From IMG/VR virus record IMGVR_UViG_3300047284_000228, positions 46,787-110,786 of that record: a stretch of 64,000 nt of DNA; one strand, 5' to 3'. Position 1 is the stretch's first letter; each line of letters starts with the position of its first letter. Source of the stretch: a virus. A program made the position numbers and the translations under genes. Shown here in pieces: positions 1-8,716 of this stretch. The notes under the pieces were generated by a model, which saw only the letters and a list, made by a program, of their open reading frames with translations, ran no database searches and was not told where the DNA came from.

Positions 1-2868
1 TCCGGTAGTGTAGGATGTTCCTGCATTGGAGAAAAATAATTTTTGAATTCCTGTTGTATTATCTACGAGAGCTTGATAGACATCTGCTTCGTAGTATCTG
101 TTTGTTATTTTTGCTGTTATAGGTGATTCGGAGATATTGTATCCTTCAGATACCGCTCCGAAGTCACCGTAGGAACAGTTTCCGTTAGTTCCACGAATTT
201 TTCCGCCATTAGTGGCCAAATAACCAATATGGTTATAATATGTAAACACAGAAACACATTCTGTTTTTCCGGTACCGTTAGCCCATACTCCAATACCATC
301 GCTGATAACCTGGGTAAAGTCGTTAGAAACCATAGTTTGATTTCCGCCACTATGAATATCACCGTCGATCTTGAATCCGATACATCCCGTACCAAAGTTA
401 GTAACGTTTTGTACGTACGGCGATTTAGTACCTACCCATGCAGTTGTATCTGCTGGACCGTATCCTGGATCAAGACTAACGAATGCTCCGGCTGAAGGTC
501 GTTGTGTTCCATAGATATTTGCCGAACCAAGTGTGCCTTCTAATCCCATAAGGGTTAGATTTCTTAAACCAGATCCGTCTCTCATTAAAAACATATTGCT
601 TTCTTTGTTTCTTGAATATGTTGATCCGTTAATAAAGAAAGTCGATGTTTCTATGGTCTTGTAATTACCGGGATAGATTAGATCATATGCGATAGAATTA
701 AGTATTGTAGATATATCCTGCTCTAGTCTAGCGGGCAAAGCAGTCTGTGTTGAATCTAAATAATTAGCTTCTAAATATAGTAATGTTTCGTTTAATATAA
801 ATTCGTGATTATTTTCAATCTGATCATAGGCAGCTAGTTTATCTAGATTCGTTGTAACTGTATTAGTGCCTGTGATAGCAACGTTTAAGAAATTATCTAC
901 TCTATTTCTAAAAATTTCTAACAGAGTTCCTAGAGTGTTAACTTCGGATATCGTAGCCGATGTGCCGCTGAAGTCTTGTGCTATATCACCGTACAGATCA
1001 ACATTCGGAAATCCTAAAATTTCTTGTCCGACTGTTAGTTCTCGAACTACTCTAGATAATAGAGATTCTAATCTATTAGCAGCCGCGAGTATTAATGTGA
1101 TATACGATTCATCAAATAAAGTATTGACTGGTTTAACTGTTGTTGATCTGAGTTCGTCACCTACTATGGCAACAAAAGCAGGTATACGAATAGGCAGTAC
1201 TTCTTCATAATCGCCTGTTCTTACAAATATAGTAGCATACCCTGTCACTTGTTCACAGGCATAACGTATTGTTTTCCACGGATTTTCGGGAGATGTACCT
1301 GCGCTAGGTATATCTTCACCAAAGTTTGCAACAAAATAAACCTTTTCTGTATTTTGTAATAATTGCCAACTGTTTTCGTTACTGACTGCTGTGAGGACTT
1401 TTCCTTGCGAACCAACAGGCAATGCTTTATACCCAATAGTGCTACCATCTTCTGTGGCTCCGTAGGTTCTAATATCACCAATATTTTTTAATCTATTGAT
1501 CCTGTTGCCGTCGGTAATTTTTGCCCAGTATCTTCCTTCTAGTGTAGAACCCATTTCGCCGTCGTCATCAGGACGATTTCCTGGATCGGAAATGTGTTTA
1601 TCTTTGCATCGATAAGAACTAGAAACCCATACGACCGTATCTCCGGCCATATAGGTAACACCTTCGGTCCATACTCCTCTCCAATTAATTCCGGGAATTA
1701 TAAGATCCCAATATGTGGAATTAGTAGTACTACCGTCATCAAAAAAATCTGGATCTTGGGCTATGTTGTCTAAAATACAAGCATAAAGATTACCGCCTCG
1801 TCTTACTACATCGCCCAGTTCGTAATTAGTAAATGAATTCCAGGATCCTTGTATCTTGGAACCTTGAAACAATAATTGCCAAGTTGAAGTCGAAGTGCTG
1901 GGAGTTAGATTTGAATGTAAGAATGTGTTATAATATAAATTACCGCCGTAAGAAACAACATCTCCTGGCTGATATAATGTCGTAGAATTCCAGACCACAT
2001 CATATTCTTGTCCGGGAATATACATGTCAAAGTATATGGTAGATATAACCGATCCAGAAATATGAAAAGTATTGTTCTTATAAAGATAAGATCCATATTT
2101 TACAATGTCACCTATTTTATAGATAGTTAATGTAGTCCAGTTTCCTTTGTAGTCAATTCCTTCGTTGACCACTGACCACTTGGCCTGATCTGCAGGTAAT
2201 CCCAGTTCGACTACACTTGTAGAAGTATGGGCTATATCACAGTTGTATACATAGCCGCCGTATTTTACTAGATCATTTGCTTTATATCTAAAATTTGTAG
2301 TCCAGTTACCTTTCCAATCTTCTGCTATTGATACCTCGTTCCAAAATCCTATGTTTGATTCTAGTCCCTGAGAAATATCTCCTGCAGATTCATGGCTGGT
2401 ATTACATCTATAGATCTTTCCGCCGTATCTTACAACATCGCCGATTTTATAATAGGTTTCTGTCTGCCAATTTATTTTCCACTCTTGAGAATTTAATAAA
2501 ACCGTCCAATTAACGGACTGATCTGGAAATCCGGTTTCGTCTTCAGCAGATGTATGATCATTGGTACATACATATATTACACCGCCAAGTTTTACGATAT
2601 CACCGATTTTATAATAAGTTTCTGCGGTCCATTCGCCTAACCAGCTAGTTCCGTCTGCCATTAACTCCCACTTTGGTTCTAAGGCGGGAGGAATATCTGA
2701 ATTATAAAATTCTAGATCATAATAAAAATCAGGATTAGCAACGTGTGTTGCTAGACAGTTGTAGACCTTACCTCCGAAGCTGATAACATCGTCTGGGTTA
2801 TAACGTCCGTAGGCTGTCCACTCGCCTTTCCATGTATGTTTGAATCTACTTAATTTAAAATCTGCCAT
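1..2868 (-). CDS. Large virion structural/fibre protein with N-terminal tandem CBM5/12 (ChtBD3)-like repeats; partial, runs off the window start
   Basis: Missing from the ORF track, presumably because there is no stop in the window. ATG at 2868 gives MADFKLSRFKHTWKGEW..., followed by ~7-8 repeats of W-x4-Y-x2-GD-x-V-x-YGG-x2-Y-x-C. Only about the N-terminal half was translated by hand. Confidence 0.75.
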   Translation of the reverse strand, partial: MADFKLSRFKHTWKGEWTAYGRYNPDDVISFGGKVYNCLATHVANPDFYYDLEFYNSDIPPALEPKWELMADGTSWLGEWTAETYYKIGDIVKLGGVIYVCTNDHTSAEDETGFPDQSVNWTVLLNSQEWKINWQTETYYKIGDVVRYGGKIYRCNTSHESAGDISQGLESNIGFWNEVSIAEDWKGNWTTNFRYKANDLVKYGGYVYNCDIAHTSTSVVELGLPADQAKWSVVNEGIDYKGNWTTLTIYKIGDIVKYGSYLYKNNTFHISGSVISTIYFDMYIPGQEYDVVWNSTTLYQPGDVVSYGGNLYYNTFLHSNLTPSTSTSTWQLLFQGSKIQGSWNSFTNYELGDVVRRGGNLYACILDNIAQDPDFFDDGSTTNSTYWDLIIPGINWRGVWTEGVTYMAGDTVVWVSSSYRCKDKHISDPGNRPDDDGEMGSTLEGRYWAKITDGNRINRLKNIGDIRTYGATEDGSTIGYKALPVGSQGKVLTAVSNENSWQLLQNTEKVYFVANFGEDIPSAGTSPENPWKTIRYACEQVTGYATIFVRTGDYEEVLPIRIPAFVAIVGDELRSTTVKPVNTLFDESYITLILAAANRLESLLSRVVRELTVGQEILGFPNVDLYGDIAQDFSGTSATISEVNTLGTLLEIFRNRVDNFLNVAITGTNTVTTNLDKLAAYDQIENNHEFILNETLLYLEANYLDSTQTALPARLEQDISTILNSIAYDLIYPGNYKTIETSTFFINGSTYSRNKESNMFLMRDGSGLRNLTLMGLEGTLGSANIYGTQRPSAGAFVSLDPGYGPADTTAWVGTKSPYVQNVTNFGTGCIGFKIDGDIHSGGNQTMVSNDFTQVISDGIGVWANGTGKTECVSVFTYYNHIGYLATNGGKIRGTNGNCSYGDFGAVSEGYNISESPITAKITNRYYEADVYQALVDNTTGIQKLFFSNAGTSYTTG

Positions 2869-2871
2869 TTA

Positions 2872-3240
2872 TTAATCCTCTGATGCTCCAGAATCGTAAG
2901 TGTATCCGTTGTTTATTCTAGCTACTAATTGTCCTTCGTTATCTATATAGTAAAATATAGCTCTGTCGTCCCAACGATATTGTTGATATTTTAAGTTTTC
3001 GAATACAGTATTATGATTTACATCAATTCCTTCATAGAAATCAACTCCAGTTTCGAGATCATTATAATTACCCGCTTCATCCCCTGGACGATTTAGTTCA
3101 ATAGCATCGTTGCTTTTTAATTGATCATTTCTTTGTAAAAATAAACTTCCGTTTTCATTTTTTCTTAGACCATAGAAAAATCTAGGAGTATCTCCTAATC
3201 TTGTGTACGGATCATTGCCTAGTACATAATTATTATTCAT
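2872..3240 (-). CDS. Hypothetical phage structural-module protein
   Basis: 122-aa ORF with GGAG SD, tightly packed in the operon. Confidence 0.7.
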   Translation of the reverse strand: MNNNYVLGNDPYTRLGDTPRFFYGLRKNENGSLFLQRNDQLKSNDAIELNRPGDEAGNYNDLETGVDFYEGIDVNHNTVFENLKYQQYRWDDRAIFYYIDNEGQLVARINNGYTYDSGASED

Positions 3241-3250
3241 TTGTAACTCC

Positions 3251-3583
3251 TTAGCTTATTTCTACGTAACTTACAACCACATCGATGCTGTCTGCGGTAT
3301 CGCTGACTATTCTTAGGCCTGAAGTTTCTGGCAGGATTAATTTTTCGCCGTTGGTGATGATTTTTACCGCAGAATTAGGAGCTACTGTTAATCCTTTGAC
3401 ATAATATGCCTGTTCGCTATCTTCGCTGATTACATAAACATCTACATTTACTGTATCATAATCAGTGACATTAGCAATGTTACAGCCAATTACTGTTGAT
3501 CTAAATCCTACAGGTGTCTGTACTACATCTACCGGTGTTGTTCCTATATTTTTATTAACTGCGTGTTTGAATGTTGTAGGCAT
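3251..3583 (-). CDS. Small beta-rich virion protein (paralog of 6405..6773)
   Basis: 110 aa; shares V/I-K-x-LTV-(A)P and K/R-LI/IV-L...LR/IR pattern with 6405..6773. Confidence 0.7.
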   Translation of the reverse strand: MPTTFKHAVNKNIGTTPVDVVQTPVGFRSTVIGCNIANVTDYDTVNVDVYVISEDSEQAYYVKGLTVAPNSAVKIITNGEKLILPETSGLRIVSDTADSIDVVVSYVEIS

Positions 3584-3586
3584 TTT

Positions 3587-4639
3587 TTATCCTAGTGTTA
3601 ATGCAAATCGTATTGCGATGTCTGTGGCGGCGGTTTCTGATACCGCACCAATCGTACCGGCCGGACTAGCCCAAGCAGTGCCGTCCCAAATTTCTAAGGC
3701 TTTTGAATCTGTATTGTATCTGGTCATACCTTCTACTGCATAAGCAGTAGGTCTGTCCCCTGCTGTACCTTTTGGAGGAACAAAAGCGTTAGTACCGGAG
3801 ATAACAAAGTAGCCTGTACCAGATTGGTCAAGCTGTGTAATAGATCCGCTGACTGTGTTTGTGATCAGATTGTTTCTAATCGCAAAATTTCCTAATCTCA
3901 CAGATCCTGCACCATTGCCTTCTAAAATTAGATCCTGTCCAGTAGTAGTGTTAATGCGGTTATCTATGAGTTGTAGATTACCGATGTTAAATTCTGTAAG
4001 ACTTAGGTTAGTAGCGAACAGATTAGTAGAATAAATATTTCTCCATCTGTTACTAGGGCTACCTATATCGTAGGTATTGTCTGTTTCAGGAATAAGGTTA
4101 CTGTTTAGGCTAGCATTGATAGTAACGGTGTCGGCGATACTATCGCCTATGATCAAATTTCCGCCTATGGTAATATTACCCGTGGCATTGATATTGCCTG
4201 TTACACTTAGATTTCCTGTAATATCAGTAGGTGCTTGTATATCCACAATACCTGTACCATTAGGTCTAAGTTCTAGATTAGAATTAGAAACTATAGTAGC
4301 GATCGTGTTTCCTGAAATTTCTATATCGTTTACGATCAGTCTAGAATGATAGATCGTAGCCTCGCCGCCGGAAGCAGTAAATGTTATTGAGGGAAGATCG
4401 CTGGAAATTGTATTGCCGGTTATAGTAAGATTACCTATGTCAAATTGATTGGTAACTTCAAGGTCTGTGACTCTTGTGGATCCAGCAACATCTAATGTGT
4501 ATTGAGGAGAAGAAGTTTTCACTCCAATGCGCGAATTCGTAACGTCCAGATAGAGAAGGTCGGTCTCAAAGGCTAGGTCCACACCATCTCTGATGAGATT
4601 GGCCTTTAAGAGCGGACCGGAAATTCGACCAATAGCCAT
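3587..4639 (-). CDS. Fibre-like virion structural protein (paralog of 4789..5898)
   Basis: IGRISGPxLxxNLxRxGVDLxF N-terminus; Gly/Asn/Thr beta repeats; YDIGSPSxRW motif; PxGT..RP..G.TRYN..E.WDG.W motif; AGGAG SD. Confidence 0.7.
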   Translation of the reverse strand: MAIGRISGPLLKANLIRDGVDLAFETDLLYLDVTNSRIGVKTSSPQYTLDVAGSTRVTDLEVTNQFDIGNLTITGNTISSDLPSITFTASGGEATIYHSRLIVNDIEISGNTIATIVSNSNLELRPNGTGIVDIQAPTDITGNLSVTGNINATGNITIGGNLIIGDSIADTVTINASLNSNLIPETDNTYDIGSPSNRWRNIYSTNLFATNLSLTEFNIGNLQLIDNRINTTTGQDLILEGNGAGSVRLGNFAIRNNLITNTVSGSITQLDQSGTGYFVISGTNAFVPPKGTAGDRPTAYAVEGMTRYNTDSKALEIWDGTAWASPAGTIGAVSETAATDIAIRFALTLG

Positions 4640-4654
4640 GCGCTCTCCTAAATA

Positions 4655-4764
4655 CCCCGTGTTTCACGGTTAACCAATTTTGGATTTCTCCGCAGCCGCT
4701 TCGACGGCTCTTTGCTGGTTTACCACAGTTTAATCACGCAGAAATTGGTCATTTGCTGCGATTA
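4655..4764 (-). ncRNA. Putative structured cis-regulatory 5' leader RNA with pseudoknot
   Basis: Five hairpins including a GAAA tetraloop, plus a 9-bp loop-to-3' pairing GACCAAUUU/AAAUUGGUU. Lies between a TAAATA motif and the SD. Confidence 0.55.
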
Positions 4765-4768
4765 GTAG

Positions 4769-4774
4769 TATTTA
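4769..4774 (-). promoter_or_regulatory. Late promoter motif TAAATA
   Basis: Core of the T4 late promoter TATAAATA, in intergenic position. Confidence 0.6.
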
Positions 4775-4788
4775 GTCAGATTGGGGAA

Positions 4789-5898
4789 TTAACCAAAGAT
4801 GAGGGTGTAAACGTGGCCAAGTTCTTCCATAACCGCAGGAGTTACCACAGTACCACCGCCAGTAGCCACTTGCCAGATTGTACCGTCAAAACATTCTAGA
4901 TAACCTAGTTCGTTGTTCCAACGTGTTTCACCTACTTCAACGCCCAGTCTTTGAGAATTATTTCCCACAGGAATACGCATGGCGCCGGTATCGTTGATCA
5001 CTAGATAGCCCGTACCGGTATGCGAGATAGTCACGGGAGAATTTAGTAGATTCGTTATAGTGCCTTGATTGATAGAAATATTTTCTATAATGACTGTACC
5101 AGTATCTGGTAGCAGATACAGATCATCATTGCTCTGCAGGGCTTCTATCCTGTTTGCGCTATAGTTTGCTTGATCGCCTACGATTAAATTAGTGATAGTG
5201 GGATTTTGAGATCCGTTCAAGTCAACGATATAAGTATCATTCCATCTGTGGCTAGGAGATCCGATGTCATACTGATCGTCCGATCCAGGAACTATACTTT
5301 GTGTAAAATCTGGAGCAATGGTCACAGTATCTATAGGACTATCTCCGATTATAAGCTGCCCATTTAACTGCACAGTTTCTGTAGACTGTATATTTCCAGT
5401 AACTGCTAGGTTGCCTAGGATAGCTGTATCTCTTTGAAACACAACTCGTCCAGTGCCGCTGGCATTAAGCACTATATCTTCATTAAGCACAGCACCAGAA
5501 ATCCTATTGCCGTCTATGTTGATAGAAGGAGTTTCTGCACGACCAAGTTCAACATAAGCATCTACTCCTACGGGCACGATGTTAATAGGACCTACGGTTG
5601 AAGTTATAGATCCATTTGAATTAAATCTTATGTTGTCGAATGTAGCCAAAGTTCCCGAAGCTAACAAGTCTCCGGTAATTTTTCCATCACCTGTGATATC
5701 TAGAGTAAAATTTGGGGGATTAGCGTTAATTCCGATGCGTCTATTAGTTACATCGAGATATAATAGATCGTCGTCGAGCGCAGCATTTCTAAATGTAAGA
5801 TCTACCCCGTTCCTCAGAAGATTCTGAGTCAGCATAGGTCCACTGATTCTACCTATAGAATATCCTGGCGGAGTCGATGGTCCTGGCGCTGCTGGCAT
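4789..5898 (-). CDS. Fibre-like virion structural protein (paralog of 3587..4639)
   Basis: Same N-terminal IGRISGP..LLYLDVTN.RIG block, YDIGSPSHRW motif and C-terminal ETRWN..LECFDG.W; AGGAG SD. Confidence 0.7.
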   Translation of the reverse strand: MPAAPGPSTPPGYSIGRISGPMLTQNLLRNGVDLTFRNAALDDDLLYLDVTNRRIGINANPPNFTLDITGDGKITGDLLASGTLATFDNIRFNSNGSITSTVGPINIVPVGVDAYVELGRAETPSINIDGNRISGAVLNEDIVLNASGTGRVVFQRDTAILGNLAVTGNIQSTETVQLNGQLIIGDSPIDTVTIAPDFTQSIVPGSDDQYDIGSPSHRWNDTYIVDLNGSQNPTITNLIVGDQANYSANRIEALQSNDDLYLLPDTGTVIIENISINQGTITNLLNSPVTISHTGTGYLVINDTGAMRIPVGNNSQRLGVEVGETRWNNELGYLECFDGTIWQVATGGGTVVTPAVMEELGHVYTLIFG

Positions 5899-5907
5899 AC
5901 TATCTCC

Positions 5908-6408
5908 TTAGTTGGCAAATCCGTAATAGATAGTAATATCTTTAGCTAACGGCACCGGACTTGTAAAAACTATATAGGTATTTCCTGATCCTAGATAATT
6001 GTCAACAAGGTTAAAGTTAGTATCTGATATTTGAAAAACGTTTTCTACAAATACCAAAATATTGTTTTCTGAACTAGGTATTTGGCTTAGGGGACCAAAT
6101 GTTGTTTCTATGCCGTCTGCACCGGTAAGTGTTTGTTTTGTTATTGTAGTTGCGCCCGGTGCTCTTACCACTTCCCAAACTCCATCGATATATGCTTCGA
6201 TAGAATTCGTTGTAGTATTGTATCGAATAAAACCGTTAGCGCCGTTGGGATTTCTTACGCCGCTGAGCTGCGGGCGTTCTGCAGTAGTACCTTTAGGCAA
6301 TCTTAGTCCGCCTGTTAGGTCCATTACTGCCCTACCATAATGATTAGTAAACAGCGTATTGTCGCTGGGACTATATTTGCTGATAGTTTTTTGCTTTAAG
6401 AATCTCAT
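5908..6408 (-). CDS. Virion structural protein
   Basis: LPKGTTAERP..GFIRYN..EAYIDG.W fibre motif followed by an Ig-like GxDGxxTxF..V.VENVFQ domain. Confidence 0.7.
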   Translation of the reverse strand: MRFLKQKTISKYSPSDNTLFTNHYGRAVMDLTGGLRLPKGTTAERPQLSGVRNPNGANGFIRYNTTTNSIEAYIDGVWEVVRAPGATTITKQTLTGADGIETTFGPLSQIPSSENNILVFVENVFQISDTNFNLVDNYLGSGNTYIVFTSPVPLAKDITIYYGFAN

Positions 6409-6773
6409 ACTGGTAACGAACTCACTGTGATGCTCAATAGATTAGCTGCGCTGGCTGTAGCACGGATCTGATCTCCGGAGCTAAGAACGATTCTTTCGTC
6501 GCTGAAAAATACCGTTTCACCTGCGGGTACCGTAAGATTTTTTACTATGGTATTTGTATCTGTACTAACTCCTCCGCTGACCACTAGATTAAGTGTCAAG
6601 TTCGCAGAGTTTACAGTTTCGTCTGTTAGGTTTGGAGTTCCTGTATTACAGACTATAATCGATGTTACAGCATTGGTTTGACCAGTTACGCCAGGACCAA
6701 TGGCTGCTCCTGTAGTTGTACTAGTATACACTAATGTATCACCTGTGGTAGTTAATCTTGTGCTGTATATCAT
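6405..6773 (-). CDS. Small beta-rich virion protein (paralog of 3251..3583)
   Basis: 122 aa; ATGA overlap with the next gene; shared motif. Confidence 0.7.
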   Translation of the reverse strand: MIYSTRLTTTGDTLVYTSTTTGAAIGPGVTGQTNAVTSIIVCNTGTPNLTDETVNSANLTLNLVVSGGVSTDTNTIVKNLTVPAGETVFFSDERIVLSSGDQIRATASAANLLSITVSSLPV

Positions 6774-6782
6774 GTTTTTCTC

Positions 6783-7769
6783 TTAAAATATCATACTAAA
6801 AACCAAAGCCTTGCTTTTGCTAATAAGTTCATCTGTTTTAGTTGTGTTAACAAAATAAAGACCAGTAGTTCCTACTCCTGCGGTATTTCCATACAGTAGA
6901 CTGCCTCCACTGACTGATGCAGGTGTAGTTCCTAGATTGTTCATTTGTAGAGCATAGGTAATTTCTACCTTGCCCGTGCCGTTAGTTTCAAATTTAATGT
7001 TAGCGTTGGTATTTCTTGTTTGTATTACCGCAGCATCCGGAATCAACGGATTAAAAGGTGTTGGATCTTCTGTGTACAGAGTCAATCCACCAAACTGCAC
7101 CCTGTTGCTAAAAAATTCTGTGACGATATTATTTTCAACTACTACAGCTACTTGGCTTTCTAGTGGTTGAACAGCATATGGTCCGATAGGAAATAATCCA
7201 GTGGCAGGATTGTTTGAATCAAAGGCTGCTACTCTGGTATTATCTCGGACGATCTGGAATGTTGGATTAGTCTGAATCGCTGTGTCAACATATCTTTTGT
7301 TAGGTATATCATCGTCATCAGTGACATTCAATTCATAATTTAGTGTGCCTGCGACTTTGACTACACCTGTGCCTGTGCCGATTAGTGTTAGGTCGCCTGC
7401 GTCTGTGTCTGCATTGGTCAGGATTTCTTTGACTCTTAATCTACTGCTATTATAACCTGCGCCTTGTTTGAAATTCCAAGTATCATCGTCTTCGTCCCAA
7501 ACAAGCAGAACATCTTCTTCAGTACCTCGATCAACTTGGATGCCGGAATAACGAAGAGTTACCCCGGCTCCAGTTTCACCATCATTAACAATAATGATGT
7601 TATCTTTAATCGCTAGATTTTCGGCAGAGATAATAGTAGTATCGCCTTCTACTACTAGATTTCCAGTAACGATTGTTCTACCAACACCAGGTCCGGTGTC
7701 TAATTTAATATCAGCACCTTCGCTGGTTTTGATGTTGTAATCGCCGTTAACTTGGAAAAACTGTCCCAT
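6783..7769 (-). CDS. Fibre-like virion structural protein
   Basis: GNLxVxGxTT..IxDNII.VN.GE.G.G..SGI.VDRG fibre motif and DIPNKRYVD motif. Confidence 0.7.
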   Translation of the reverse strand: MGQFFQVNGDYNIKTSEGADIKLDTGPGVGRTIVTGNLVVEGDTTIISAENLAIKDNIIIVNDGETGAGVTLRYSGIQVDRGTEEDVLLVWDEDDDTWNFKQGAGYNSSRLRVKEILTNADTDAGDLTLIGTGTGVVKVAGTLNYELNVTDDDDIPNKRYVDTAIQTNPTFQIVRDNTRVAAFDSNNPATGLFPIGPYAVQPLESQVAVVVENNIVTEFFSNRVQFGGLTLYTEDPTPFNPLIPDAAVIQTRNTNANIKFETNGTGKVEITYALQMNNLGTTPASVSGGSLLYGNTAGVGTTGLYFVNTTKTDELISKSKALVFSMIF

Positions 7770-7783
7770 GCCTACTTCCTAGA

Positions 7784-8302
7784 TTAGATAGCTGTTAAAA
7801 TTAACAAAGTTTGAGATGAGTCGTCGCTCAATGACCACTTGTAACGATTTCCGTTAAAATCAGTGGCTGTTCTAAAATTAATCTTTCTTAAAGTTACAGG
7901 ATTACCAGTAGAATTAATTCCTACTAGTGTAGCTTCACCGTTGTTTGCAGGATCGGAGTTTGTGCCTTGTACTAACTTAGCAGTTACTACAGTGTTAACA
8001 ACACCTGTGCCTGATCCGCCAACTGCGGTAGCTGTGAATACTCTACCATTGACAGCATTGTGTAGTGCGCCTGCTGCGGTAAAATCTGAGTCGCCTACAG
8101 ATTCGATCACATATTGACTACCAACTACTAGGCTTCCGTCGGCGACGTTTGTGCCATCGTCGGCACATTTAAATCTACGAGCACTTACTTGATTAACAAT
8201 GTAACCCTCATAGACTGTACCACCGGTTTTAAATCTGATAGGAATCTTTGCTGGGGATCCGCCTGTGATTCCAAAATATCTCTTACTTAACTTATTTGCC
8301 AT
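7784..8302 (-). CDS. Putative virion structural protein (possible head decoration)
   Basis: Own TAAATA motif, strong AAGGAG SD, located just downstream of the capsid gene; Gly/Thr-rich. Confidence 0.6.
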   Translation of the reverse strand: MANKLSKRYFGITGGSPAKIPIRFKTGGTVYEGYIVNQVSARRFKCADDGTNVADGSLVVGSQYVIESVGDSDFTAAGALHNAVNGRVFTATAVGGSGTGVVNTVVTAKLVQGTNSDPANNGEATLVGINSTGNPVTLRKINFRTATDFNGNRYKWSLSDDSSQTLLILTAI

Positions 8303-8372
8303 TTGTTTTCTCCTTTAGAGTGACGTTCTAGGTCTCGCTCAGTGGCAAAACTGCGCAATCATCTAGATACTT

Positions 8373-8378
8373 TATTTA
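8373..8378 (-). promoter_or_regulatory. Late promoter motif (GA)TAAATA
   Basis: Motif upstream of the 172-aa gene. Confidence 0.6.
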
Positions 8379-8645
8379 TCAGCGGCTGAGCATAGCCATC
8401 AGTTCCAATTTACTTACTGTAGCCAGCACTCTATTAATTTCGTCTATTTCCGATTGTGCTCGTTCTAGATGAATGGTATGATGTGTACGCCTATACTCTA
8501 CTAGATGCTTACTGTAGTTAGTGATATGATTTTCAACGATGTTTTCTATTTGTTTTACATCGTGTGTGAACATTGGAAATCGGCGGCGCCAAATATTAAA
8601 TTGTTCTCTTAGTTTAGAAAAATCGTTATGCGTTTCGATCTGCAT
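8379..8645 (-). CDS. Hypothetical helical protein (start revised to ATG 8645)
   Basis: The track start at 8666 lies inside the terminator; ATG 8645 follows TAAATA at 8651-8656. Confidence 0.65.
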   Translation of the reverse strand: MQIETHNDFSKLREQFNIWRRRFPMFTHDVKQIENIVENHITNYSKHLVEYRRTHHTIHLERAQSEIDEINRVLATVSKLELMAMLSR

Positions 8646-8650
8646 ACCGA

Positions 8651-8656
8651 TATTTA
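8651..8656 (-). promoter_or_regulatory. Late promoter motif TAAATA (probably leaderless transcript)
   Basis: 5 nt upstream of the ATG, no SD. Confidence 0.55.
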
Positions 8657-8660
8657 AGCC

Positions 8661-8688
8661 AAACAAAAAGGCTCCGAAGAGCCTTTTT
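8661..8688 (-). terminator. Rho-independent terminator after the major capsid gene
   Basis: AAAAAGGCTC-TTCG-GAGCCTTTTTGTTT: cUUCGg hairpin plus U tract. Confidence 0.9.
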
Positions 8689-8716
8689 GAAACACTTGAA
8701 AAGTGTGTACCTTTGA

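Noticed and set aside
117-2513. Short ORFs listed in the track at 117-2513
   Set aside because: They are off-frame or antisense shadows of the long - strand ORF starting at 2868
4694-4728. Canonical c-di-GMP-I riboswitch
   Set aside because: GGUAAACC and GCAAAG are adjacent, without the P2 GNRA arm and tetraloop receptor; kept only as a resemblance
8320-8368. Hammerhead ribozyme
   Set aside because: CUAGAUGA and GAGAC deviate from the invariant CUGANGA and GAAA core, and stems I and III are too weak
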